Source of the DNA: Okamejei kenojei
Lineage: Eukaryota
Direction: 5' to 3'
DNA length: 64,000 bases
NCBI GenBank assembly: GCA_035221665.1
Contig: CM069153.1
Location: forward strand, 32,364,001-32,428,000
Shown here: positions 38,611-49,841 of the stretch, in pieces
Position numbering within the stretch: position 1 is the stretch's first letter
Layout of the letters: each line of letters opens with the position of its first letter
Translations under genes and position numbers: made by a program
Notes under the pieces: generated by a model
The model's database searches: none
Seen by the model: the letters and a program-made list of their open reading frames with translations, nothing else
What the model was told of the DNA's origin: nothing

Positions 38611-40460
38611 ATATGGGGGGGTGGGATAGACATTGATAGGTTGTAACTAGATGGGAAGGGGATGATGGTTAACTGGAGTGTAGGCGAGCAAGAGGCTGCT
38701 GGGTGATGGGAGGGCCCAGATGCGGAGGGGATGATGGAACCTGGTGAGGGGTGGGGGAAGGATGACCAAGAAAGAGAAGGAAACTAGGAGGACAGGCTAG
38801 TGTGTGTTGGTGGAGAGTACTTGGGGCATGCGTTAATTGACATTAGAATATTCGATGTTCATATTGGGTTGTTAAGCTACCTGAGCGGAATGGATGTTCT
38901 TACAATTGTGTGTGGTCTCTGTGTAGCAATGGGGAAGGTTGAGTTCTTTCAGCATTCTGTTTCCATTCTCAATTCCTATATCTGCAATCTCCTTGTTTTC
39001 ATATTGATTGTTGTTGGTGCTTTTTGGGAAGTAAACAACTGTACAAGAATGAAAAGTGTCTGAAGAAAAGAATTGGAGTCAAAGCAAGGATACACTTTAA
39101 GGCTAAGATCAATTTTGGTATTAAAGTAGACTTCAATCTGTTTCACAAATTTGTAACAAGTGCTGAGTTATTCCATGCCTGTAGGGAGCATTAGTTGCAT
39201 ACGTGTTCTGTCTCTGCGTTCAATGGATAGAGCCTGATCCTGTGTGTGGTGTTAGATTTGCGTTCGGTTCAAGACATGAAGTAATATGAATGTACTTGGC
39301 AAAATTAAATGTGGGCTTTTGAGCTGACGAATGAGGTAGACATTGTTTCATCAAATTATACATTGCCGCACATCTTTTAAATTCATCTGATCAGTATATC
39401 ATTGATGGGCTACCAACCATGCATATTTATCTGTTAATGGTTCAGTAAGTGATGTTGAAACTGGATCAATTTTCTAACATGAAAATAATTATTCTCTACA
39501 AATGATACCTCTTAATATTTTTCAAATAACATTTATATCTTGCTTTGACCCCGTGGCTTCTTTTTACTTGTGATGTTTCTTTTGCATAACTTTATTAGAA
39601 ATTATACTGCTTGCATGACTTAGAAAATCTCTAATTGTGGTGTTGGAAAACCTGGTGTTATTCCAGTGACTATCCGTTGAGCCTCTGTCATTTGTACTGT
39701 GTACAATTGTCCCATAGGTGGCACTATTTGTTATTGGTGAGATGTTTGGTTGCGCTTCAAACATCGTGGAGATTTTTTGAGTATTTATTTTACAGCACGA
39801 ATGGTGGATTTAGTATTTAACTAATGTGTTGAAGCCTAAAGGTATTAAATGGTATTAAAACTAATGGTGTGGGGGAAAAACTACAAAGTGTAAGTCTACA
39901 TCCTGTGATCTGAGGCAAAGCTTTGTACAGTTTTCTTGGTATCACCACTTTGTATTCCCAGCATATTACATGGCAATAGTAATGTTAGCAGCAGACTGAA
40001 GATTGATTGCATTGGGTCATAAGATCAGAAACCAATGACATGTTTCCAATATTGAGTTAATTTCCAAGTAGCATGTCACAACCATGAGCAATGTAAATAA
40101 TGTATCTGACCTGCACTACACAGACATTCCCAATTTAAAATTTCAAAGATGGAAGAGTTATGAACAAAGGGACTTGTAGTTCACCATCCTCAAGGAACTG
40201 GGAACGTATAATAGAAGTCAAAGTATAAGCAGTTCTGGGATATAACATTCTGCAACTCACATTATGGGGGGACCTCGGATGATTTTGTTCCTGTATCTAA
40301 GGTTATCAATCTCAATTGTGTCCAAGTAGCAATGACTGTCAGTGGCAAGGGACACACAAACAAAGATAAGATCCTTGTTCTGCTGTTTCACACTTTCCCT
40401 GCAGTAGAGATGAGTGAAAGGCAATGCAACTATGGGCTGACGGTGTGCTTGTTGTTCTAG

Positions 40461-40555
40461 TTCTGCAGAGGGAGCACCAATATGGTTTGACAAGTATTCT
40501 AACGGATTGTTGCTGGCTCAGAAGGTGATGGCCTGTTTCATTGTTCTACACACAG
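40461..40555 (+). CDS. TMEM94: TMEM94 exon (SAEGAPIWFDKYSNGLLLAQKVMACFIVLHT)
   Basis: tag|...|gtaatc, 95 nt, phase 2/1. Confidence 0.93.
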
Positions 40556-41409
40556 GTAATCATCAGCTTGCTTCTAGAGTCGATGACTGCTCGGAAATAT
40601 TGTGATTATCAGAGGCGTTCCTGCTACTCATCTAATGTCACCTTGTTTTTCCACCTGGGAGCTATATAGCTTGTAAAACTGCACAACTCAACTTTCTGGG
40701 TGATTAAAAGGCAAGGTCAAGCAATGTTTGCATGCTCGAGTAATCCATGCAAACAAAACATTCACAATGGAAAAAATTGAGTTGAATTGCAAGATCAATT
40801 ATCAATCCTTTGAAGATCTTGGTAGTTGAAAACTGTCTCGTCAATTAGTGTAAATGGAGGTGGTGAGACTAAATTCCATTTAGACTAGATCAAAACTGTC
40901 TGTGTCTCATTGCTTGCTTGTTTATTATTCAATGCTTTTAATTAAATAATGTCATAACATATTTCAGATGATGTGGCTGATAATGCAGTTGTCGTACAGC
41001 TCCTGCCACCTGGATTTAATCTCAACCTCCAGTGTTGTCTGTATAAGGTTTGCCCCATGACACTGGGTTTTCCTGGGTGCTCATGTTTATTCACACGTGC
41101 TAAAGACTGCAGACTGGTACAGAAGAATGTAGCAGCAAACCATCAGGCCTCTCTAGCCAGCCCCCCCCCCCCCCCCCCATTCATGACTGCTCTTTGCTTG
41201 CCTCAATCCCCTTCTGTGGCAGTTCAGCATAACCCTCAATTACTCGATCTTTTAAATATTTATCTATTGCCATCTTAAATATATGTGATGAGTTGCCATC
41301 ATCACCTTGCGGCAGAGAATTCCAGACATTGAATGCCCTCTGAGATAAATGTTTCATACACCTCAACTTTAAATGGCTGGCCCTTGTAACAATATCCTCT
41401 TATTCATAA

Positions 41410-41568
41410 TGGGCCTGTCCCACTAACGCGACTTTTTCGGCGACTGCTAGCACCCATCATAGGCTGTCATAGTTTGCTGAACATTTTTTTCAAGTGCGAG
41501 TTGTGAAAAGTCTGACTTATGCAAGGATCCACAGGACTTAACCCTTATGTAAGTCGGGGAGCGTCTGT
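41410..41568. mobile_element. Truncated Harbinger-type MITE end followed by a possible Tc1/pogo-like MITE end
   Basis: taa-TGGGCCTGTCCCACT, as at 4727. A later gtaagtcggggagcgtctg end is inverted with tctgacttat. Confidence 0.5.
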
Positions 41569-42055
41569 GCAGCCACCAGTTATCAAACCTGCTTGTTCAT
41601 TAGGAAATGTGTGATTATCAAATGGTACTTTTCGTTAGCACAAATTCCTGCAAAAACTGCAGTCATTTCTGTTGTTCTGGAATCAATATAACCATATGCC
41701 AACAGCAGAAAAACAAATCTGCTGGTGGAACCCAGTGGGTTAGGTAGCATCTGTGGCAGGATTCGAATTGAGACCCTTCATTGTGCCAACTTTATTAAGT
41801 CATAATTCCCCTCTACCTTCTTCTTAGTAGATAACATGTTTGAGCAAATTGCTCTGTGCTAACTTGATGCCTTTTATCAAGCTCGGATTGTGTGGTGCAT
41901 GCTCCCTTCTAATCTCCACCAGAGCACTGGACTGTGTTGTATATCTGTAACTTGGATGTACTTCACAGGGTCCCTCGTCTTTTCCTGTCCAGAATCTTGT
42001 GCTGCAGCAGGCTGTCTCAACTAGGGCCTTGTGGAAGAACAGTCAACACCATTTG

Positions 42056-42400
42056 GGCTGCATTGCGGTGTAGTTGGTAGAGCAGCTGCTTCTCAGCACG
42101 AGAGACCCAGGTTTAATTCTCACCTTGGAATGGAATGCTGTCTGTGTGGAGTGTGCACATTCTCCCTGTAATCAGACTTTTCCGTTGGGTGCTCTGGTTT
42201 CCTCCTACATCAGAAAGATATGTGGATTGATAGTTTTCTTGGCCACTGTTAAATGTCCTAATGCTAGTGGTAGAATCAGGGTGGAGATGAAGAAAATATT
42301 GGAATAAAAAGACAAGATCAATATAGGATTATTTTAAATAACTGGTTGATGGTCAGTGTGGGCTAAAGGGCCTGGTTCCAGCTGTATCTCGCTATCACTC
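42056..42400 (+). mobile_element. V-SINE (HE1-like), old
   Basis: tRNA head ggtgtagttggtagagc...gacccaggtttaattc and V-core tgtgtggagtgtgcacattctccctgt. Confidence 0.8.
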
Positions 42401-42529
42401 TAACCATGAGCTACCCTGGGATTTAACATGGTCACAAAGCAAATTCACTGTGGAGAAACTAGATTCCTATTCCTACAAGAGGGTACAAATATAATGCACT
42501 AATATGTTGTTTTCTAATTTGTTTTGCAG

Positions 42530-42623
42530 TTTGCATTTCCATCAGCCATGTTCACTGGTCCAAAACCCTGTGGAGGAAAAGTCCTTTCAGTAACTTATGG
42601 TGGTGTCTCACTTTACCTGTAGT
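42530..42623 (+). CDS. TMEM94: TMEM94 exon (VCISISHVHWSKTLWRKSPFSNLWWCLTLPV)
   Basis: cag|...|gtaagt, 94 nt, phase 1/2. Confidence 0.95.
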
Positions 42624-43597
42624 GTAAGTATCACCAGAGAAGAGCACTTTACACATTGAACATGCACCTCAGGTGAGATGCGTAATGATGATACCCCTTT
42701 CTGTGTTCCATTTAGTACTTCTAGATGACATCTGGAGCAAGGTAAAGCTTGCTGTGTTCTGACCATAATTCTGCCTTTGCAATTCGCAACCATTCTCCTT
42801 GAAAATGTATCTATTTGCATTCTTTGCAATTTTCTTTAACTAATAAGAAATAAAAAGCAAGTAGTGTTAAATTATTCACTGCTCTGGGGATAAATGACTA
42901 AACTCATCTCCCTTTAGTTTCTTTTGCATTTCACATAATATAATTCAATTAAAAAAAACTGAATGTTAAGATTTGGGATGCTTCCAACGACGTGAGGATA
43001 TTTAGGATGATATGCAATTTGAAATAATCGAGAATTCAATTTACCAGATTTTTGTGGCAGCATTTGGGCTGAAGGCCCTGTTCCTGTGGTGTATAGCTCC
43101 GTGACTGTGTAACTCTGAGATCACGTCTTGGCCCTGAAAACAGTTAAAAGTCTTAAAAAATCAGTTTATGGGAGTAATATTGAGTCCATGGATGGAGGTT
43201 ATTAAGCTATAAAATGAGTTGTTAAGATGGTTTTCAACTTTTGGGGAGTGTAAAACCAGAGGCTATCAATATGCGAATAGTTACTAATTGTAACTTGGGA
43301 GATATTGTTTACTGTTGAAAACTTAATGGTAGAAATGTAAGTAGAATATTGATATTGATTTATCTGTCACATTTGCTGAGATGCAGTGAAAAACATTGTT
43401 TTTATAGAAAGGAATATACAAGGACATGGAAATGAGGTTAGATGAAACAGATGTAAGACTGTATAGCAGAATGACAGAGCTCTTTGCAAATTTTCAGGCA
43501 ACGTACAACCATGCAAGTATCACCCTGCCAAAAGGTTCATGACTCAGGATTTGCGTACCTGAATTGTACTTGAACCAATTTCCTTTATGATCTCTAG

Positions 43598-43768
43598 GCT
43601 CGTGAGCCAAATTGTATTGGTGCTGGTGGATTTAAAGCTGTGGAAGAATATGGACACCCAGTTGACTTTTGACCTGCAGGACATCCCACTGATCTCTTGG
43701 CTCCTTGGTTTACTGTCTGTCATTCTCGTGATATTTATCAACGAAGTGGTCAAACTACATGAAATAAG
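43598..43768 (+). CDS. TMEM94: TMEM94 exon (LVSQIVLVLVDLKLW...INEVVKLHEI)
   Basis: tag|...|gtaagt, 171 nt, phase 2/2. Confidence 0.96.
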
Positions 43769-44123
43769 GTAAGTGCATCGGTTTACAAGGATCAGAAATA
43801 ACAGTTGCCCTGGAGGTTGTCAGCTTGCAGCCAGAGTCCTCCCACAAGAAGTTGAGAACATTCTTGCTACTTGAATATTGGTAAGCTTAACAATGATAAT
43901 TTAATTTAGAATATCAATAATTGCAGCTGTTGAATCTGTATGTGAAAAATAAGTGAAAAAATAATTCTGATTAAAAATTGTCATAAAATACACATTGAAA
44001 ATCTTATTGGGTCCTTGGGATTATTCACGGGACATGGTGTAAGGCTTTATTCTCATCTCTCTCATCCTATGGAAAGTTGGACTGTTTTGGATAAATCCCA
44101 TTCCCAATTCTAGTTGATAAGTA

Positions 44124-44710
44124 GACTAAAGTGCTGGAGAAACCCAGCGGGTGCGGCAGCGTCTATGGAGCGAAGGAAATAGGCAATGTTTTGGGCCGAA
44201 ACCCTTCTTCAGACTGATGTAGGGTGGAGGGGGCGGGAAGAAGAAAGGAAGAGGAGGAGCCAGAGGACTGAGAGAGAGCTGAGATGGGGAGGAGGCAGCA
44301 ATAAGGGCTACCGGAAATTGGAGAATTCAACGTTCAGGCTGCTGGGGTATAAACTGCCCAAGTGAAATATGAGGTGCTGCTCCTCCAATTTCCAGTGGTG
44401 CTCACTTTGGCCATGGAGGAGGCCCAGGACAGAAAGGTTGGATTTGGAATGGCGGGGGGGGGGTAGTTGAAGTGCTGACCCACCGGGAGATCAGGTAGGT
44501 TATTGCGGACCGAGCAGAGGTGTTCGGCGAAACGATCGCCAAGCCTACGCTTGGTCTCACCGATACCCCCACCCTACATCAGTCTGAAGAAGGGTTTTGG
44601 CCCGAAATGTTGCCTATTTCCTTCACTCCATAGATGCTGCCGCACCCGCTGAGTTTCTCCAGCACTTTTGTCTACCTTTGGTTTTCCAGCATCTGCAATT
44701 CCTTCTTAAA
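44124..44710. mobile_element. Penelope-like insertion with about 105-bp inverted terminal modules and a 14-bp TSD
   Basis: CTAGTTGATAAGTA at 44110-44123 and 44711-44724. Arms 44124-44228 and about 44566-44674 are inverted. The interior encodes a GIY-YIG C-terminal remnant on the minus strand. Confidence 0.9.
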
Positions 44711-45129
44711 CTAGTTGATAAGTAACCAGTTTGCTTCCACTTCCAACTTTCTGATATCACACTGCTGCAGTGTCTTGGGCTAACTCCTCATCTACAAGTT
44801 ATTGCTGTGACCTGGGTCTTTTCTACAGGGCCAGAATGCTTTAATGTTTATGGCTGGCTGGCTGCCTGCCTGATCCATTTCCTGTAAAATCCTTCTCTCC
44901 ATACATCTTTTTGGCTGCACAGTCATTCATTAGATCCCCGTCTCTTGGTGCTCTGCTTGTTCCTTGTGAAGCTTGGATTGAATTTCTGCACAGCAAAATG
45001 GTTAGGCTGCAGATTCTTGATTGAGACTTCAATTTTGTGCCTTCTCATTGCTGAATTTACTTCTCCTTTCATTCTTTCGACCGTGGTAATGTCCTGCAAT
45101 TTGGACCTTTACATTCTTTTCACGGCTTA

Positions 45130-45745
45130 TTTCCTCACTGCGCAGAAGCACATCACAGGTTCAGGAACAGCTTCTTCCCTACAGCCATCAGGCTATTAAA
45201 CACAACAATAAATAAGCTCTGAACTACAACATACTATTATTATTATTATTGCACTATATTTGTTTATTTATTGAGTATGTGTGTATGTGAATATGTACAC
45301 ACGGTACTTTTTTTCCTCACGTTATGTACTGTGTTTACATATTCTGTTGTGCTGCAGCAAGTAAGAATTTGATTCTCGTATCTGAGACAATAAACATTCT
45401 TGACTCTCTAGATTTTATTCCCTTAATTGTTTTATAGACCTCGATATTTAATTGAATAATGTACGTACTGATAAGGTTGAAGGTACAAGTAAAANNNNNN
45501 NNNNNNNNNNNNNNNNNNNNNNNNNNNNNNNNNNNNNNNNNNNNNNNNNNNNNNNNNNNNNNNNNNNNNNNNNNNNNNNNNNNNNNNNNNNNNNNNNNNN
45601 NNNNNNNNNNNNNNNNNNNNNNNNNNNNNNNNNNNNNNNNNNNNNNNNNGTTTCTTCCTCTCATTTATCATATTGTTTAGTGTACTCTGTTTACATATTC
45701 TGTTCTGCAGCAAGTAAGAATTTCATTTTTCTATCTGGGACACAT
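45130..45745 (+). mobile_element. Rex1-like LINE tail, present on both sides of the assembly gap
   Basis: ttcaggaacagcttcttccctacagccatcagg; tgtttacatattctgtt..gcagcaagtaagaattt occurs at about 45333 and 45688. Confidence 0.65.
45495..45649. other. Assembly gap (155 N)
   Basis: Run of n. Confidence 1.
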
Positions 45746-46003
45746 GTCTGCAGTCAAGTAATTAAAATTATGTGATGGATATATTAGTGAAGTGGAAATC
45801 ACTGATTTGAGTAAAGTGATTTCACCCCTCAGTTTGAGAATTTGACGTTAGTTAATAGATCTGTAAATAAAATAACATTTATCAGTAAAAGTAACCATGA
45901 AGCTTTCAGAGTATCATAACAATACAACTATTTTACTTGCATCCATTGGGCATAATGCACCATTAATTCAGCACTAAATGAGCATGTCTTCCTGTCTCTT
46001 TAG

Positions 46004-46076
46004 AGTACGAGACCGTTACCAGAAGAGGCAAAAGCTGCAGTTTGAAACCAAGCTAGGAATGAATTCTCCGTTCTGA
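46004..46076 (+). CDS. TMEM94: TMEM94 last coding exon (VRDRYQKRQKLQFETKLGMNSPF*)
   Basis: tag| acceptor, TGA at 46074-46076, near-identical to the human C-terminus. Confidence 0.98.
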
Positions 46077-48912
46077 CACTGGGAAAAGTGCTGATGAGCC
46101 AAGTTGCTATCTGGAGAGGAGCAGCAACTTCTGGACCGACTTCTGATAGGTCAAGCCAAGGAACTGGCCCACAAACATTGTTTTACTACTGCATGAAGAC
46201 TTCAAAACTGCACTAGAAATTGAAAACCTCACAACAATTGAAGGGGTTTACCAGATACCTCAGGTCAAACACACAGAGCATAGAGATGGGAGCTTCAGGA
46301 AGTGGAACCTGGAAATGCACATTTGTGTAAGCTAAAGTGGAAAAAGACCCTTATGTAACAGTTGGCCTTCAGAAACCGGAGAGAGATTCAACATTACATC
46401 TTTCTCACCATGCGTATGTGGGGAATACATCTCCGTGTCAGAAGTGAAGAAATGAGACGTCAGCAAAGGAAATAACATTGGTTGTGGCTTTACAAGCAAA
46501 TTGTGAATCCTTCCCACAAGGATTTGTTGAGTGTCCCCTTTTCCAGTTTTGTGGGTTTCAGGTGACAATAAGGAAAGTGACCCTTATGTGGCAGTTGGTA
46601 ATGATATACTCTGAGCCCTTAACCTTTAAAGTGTCTTAGGAAGCAGGAATCTTATCGCTGCCTCCCATTTTTAAATTCCTTCCATCTTGTGGACTTCCTA
46701 GCTGCCACAGCAGTATCCATTAAGCAGTAGGGAATCCCTTCACACTCGGTTAGGTTGCTTCTGCAAGCTGCTAGGAGGTGCTATATGGTTTTAGATCAGA
46801 GACCCCACCAGAATCAGGATTTGCTCTGTCAAGCCCAGCCATGCACATTCAGCTCAATGAAGTACTTGGCTTGTTTTTGTGTGTATGTGTATGCCCCCGT
46901 GTGTCTATACAGTGCCAAGCTGACTGTATTTTAGAGGTATTGTAGATTATATCCAACGTAATTCTATATTGGATGAGTGTGGGATTAGGCTAAATGTTTC
47001 AAATCATCAGTTCACATGCTGTCTTATTTTTTCAGTCAAAGAATTGATTGCTTGATTTGACTGGATCAGTCCAAAAGCAAATTGCTGCTAGAAATCTGAA
47101 ATAAAATTACAATGTTGGAAGTACTCTGGCAGTATCTGTGGGTAGAGAGATAATATTCCAAGTTAATGACTTTTCACCAGACGTCAGATCTCTAGCACTG
47201 ATTTTACACAGTCTGCGAGATGAGAAGGAAATTGAAGTGTTGCTACCTGAGCACATTGATCTTGTACTCAAAAATTGCAACTCTCATTCATGACATTGCA
47301 GGAAAATAGTGCTGCAGCTTCTCGTCTTTTATGGAAGTGTGTTCATCTTCTGATTCATTATCTTCTCTAGTTCAAAGTGAAGAAGGGAGTGTGCCACCTT
47401 GCTTGGCCTTTCAACCTTGGTATCTATCAGTGGCTTTCCATTCACATGTAGAATGAAATTTTGGCCTAGAAATTGTTGCACAGAAATGAAAGAGCATGCT
47501 TTTACTACCCATTTCAAGTGACAGATGGTCAGATGGTCTCTGAGTTAAAGCAGCACGGTGGAATTATAACCGGGCATTTCCTGTCTTGAACCAATATTGT
47601 TCTGCCAACACACTTCCACATCGGATGTATGCAGAATAACATCATGCCTGTGCCATGCTTTTTAAGGGGTGTTGCAAAGGGAGCAATTAGTTAATACGAT
47701 TCAAAAGTGTGGGGAATTCTCAAACTGTGCAGGTGTCCACAGTGCTGCCACCTGAGCCTGTCCCAGCCCATCACTCCAAGCCTGACTTGGTTAGGTTACC
47801 TGACTGACTGGCTTTCTGTCTGTCACAAGTCCCCTACATCCACTCGCCTTTCTCACAGTCCCATAGTATAGCCCACCCATCCACCACTCCCCAAAATATC
47901 AAATTGAGGGCCTCCATTTCACACCAGACACTTATCACAAATTAAACTCGAGCTTCCCTCCCACCAAGCTGGTGATCACAGTTAACCTGAACCTGTCGTG
48001 TTTTTATCATCTTGCTCTCTGTGCCAGTGAAAGTGATAGGAAAAGATCTTACCTTGGTGTATGGTTCATTCTGTAGCATCCAGCCCGTTGAACCATGGGT
48101 GCCACTGAACTTTAAAGCAGTTGAATAACCATCATTTCCTCGATCTGCCATATATTGGTGAATTAACATGTCAGCCTGGGCAGAGAGGAATTTCCTGTCC
48201 ATCTTGTCCAATGCAAATTGCCATTTTGGCTACCCCAAGTTAAATTGCTAACCTTTTTAAGTATTGGGCACTTTGGATTGTAGAGATAATGTGGCTTCAT
48301 ATACATGTGGTTGGATGGTGTTATTCAGTCCTCCAGCTTCTAAAAGGCCTGTGCACTGCTTCACAACCACATTTTCCTTTCACCATCACCTCTCCTGTTT
48401 CCATGTCCCTATTTGTAGCTGTTTAAATCTTCAATATTTCCAAAATTACATCAATCCTTGCACTGATGCACTGCAAAAATTGTGACATATACTAATTGTT
48501 GCATATTTCCACATATGAAAGACTCATTACTCTTGTGCTAAGGACTGGCTCATCAGGTAACGTGTATCATTCAAAGTAATACACGTGTATAAATTGGCAC
48601 TAACCACAGGTATTGTTTATATAGCAACTGATTTGTGGTGTATCATTGCCCCCTGATGATGTAGTTGTTAAACTCCAGTGAGTTTTAGAATGTGTTTTGA
48701 TTTTCAGCAAGGCTTGGCGAAGAAGGCAGAACCATTAACAGATTAAATTGCCAGTTTAGCAATTGCTTGTTTTTATCTTGTTACACAAAATGCCTTGCAA
48801 TTCCTCACACAAGCCTTCAAAGATGCCAAATTAGATCTCTTGCTACACTGTTCAATTCAGTGATTACAAAAAATAGTTTTGTTTTTGAGAAACCACGTCT
48901 GCTCTTTTCAAA

Positions 48913-49066
48913 TGTGTAGGAAGAGACTGCAGATGCTGGTTTAAACTGAAGATAGACACAAAATGCTGGATGTCTGAAGAAAGGTCTCGACCTGAAACAT
49001 CACCCATTCCTTGTCTCCAGAGATGCTGCCTGTCCCACTGATTTACTCCAGCATTTTGTGTCTATC
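48913..49066. mobile_element. PLE terminal-module palindrome in the candidate TMEM94 3' UTR
   Basis: gatagacacaaaatgctgga is inverted with tccagcattttgtgtctatc. Imperfect flanking repeat gtctgct(c/t)ttt. Sense hammerhead-like core at 48974-49001. Confidence 0.8.
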
Positions 49067-49656
49067 GTCTGCTTTTTCCAAGATTGTTATTGTACTGTTG
49101 AATGTTCACTTCACTGATAGTGTGTTAGACAGGAAGCCAGACATTCTGTGACTGTGAAGTTATTCCATGTGATAGTCCTGTAAATTTATACAAGTTTTGA
49201 GTTCTCATGAAGTCTGTTTTGCTGTATTATCTTTTGTGGCCCTGTAACTGGTTGAACTGGAGCAGTGAAGCAGTTTTCAATTGCATTCCGTTTCCAGGTA
49301 TTTTGTGTTTAGAAAGCAGCTGTGGCTTTCAAAGGTGGCAACGGTCAAGTTCAACAATCGGGAGCCTCCAAAACAACTAATGACAGCACTGATTTCAAAA
49401 TTACCACCGGATAATGCACAGAAAACATCTCTTACCTGTCCACAGGCAGGTTGCTTAGTCACATGTATGTGCTGCCGGGGAAGTGACAAATCGCCTTTGG
49501 TGTTGCCTTTAGTTACAGGCTAACGAAGTGTGCCCTGCCTGCAATGAAATCATTGAGAACAACATGCCAGAATTAACCCTTGGCCAGTCCTTGGAGATGC
49601 AGGCCCACTGCCCACAGTTGCCACCTACAACCCAGGCATAACTGGGACAAATAAAA

Positions 49657-49841
49657 TGTATAAGAAGGAACTGCAGACGCTGGTCTATACTGAAGAGAGA
49701 CACAAAATGCTGGAGTAATTCTGCGGGTCAGGCAGCATCTCTGGAGAAAAGGAATGGGTGATGTTTCGGGTCAGAGCCCTTCAGAAATTATTTTGAAGGG
49801 TTTCGACCCGAAACGTCACCAATTCCTTTTCTCCAGAGATG
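49657..49841. mobile_element. PLE terminal-module palindrome in the candidate TMEM94 3' UTR
   Basis: Arms 49736-49783 and 49793-49841 form a hairpin. Confidence 0.8.

Larger units (their letters stand above)
20..46076 (+). other. TMEM94: TMEM94 (KIAA0195/ERMA) gene span, 5'-incomplete, 23 coding exons in window
   Basis: The spliced exons translate to a protein collinear with human TMEM94 as recalled, from VNGVLPILPL to RYQKRQKLQFETKLGMNSPF*. All introns are GT-AG, with matching phases after exon 1. Confidence 0.97.

Noticed and set aside
45335-45775. ORFs containing X runs
   Set aside because: These are artifacts of the assembly gap.
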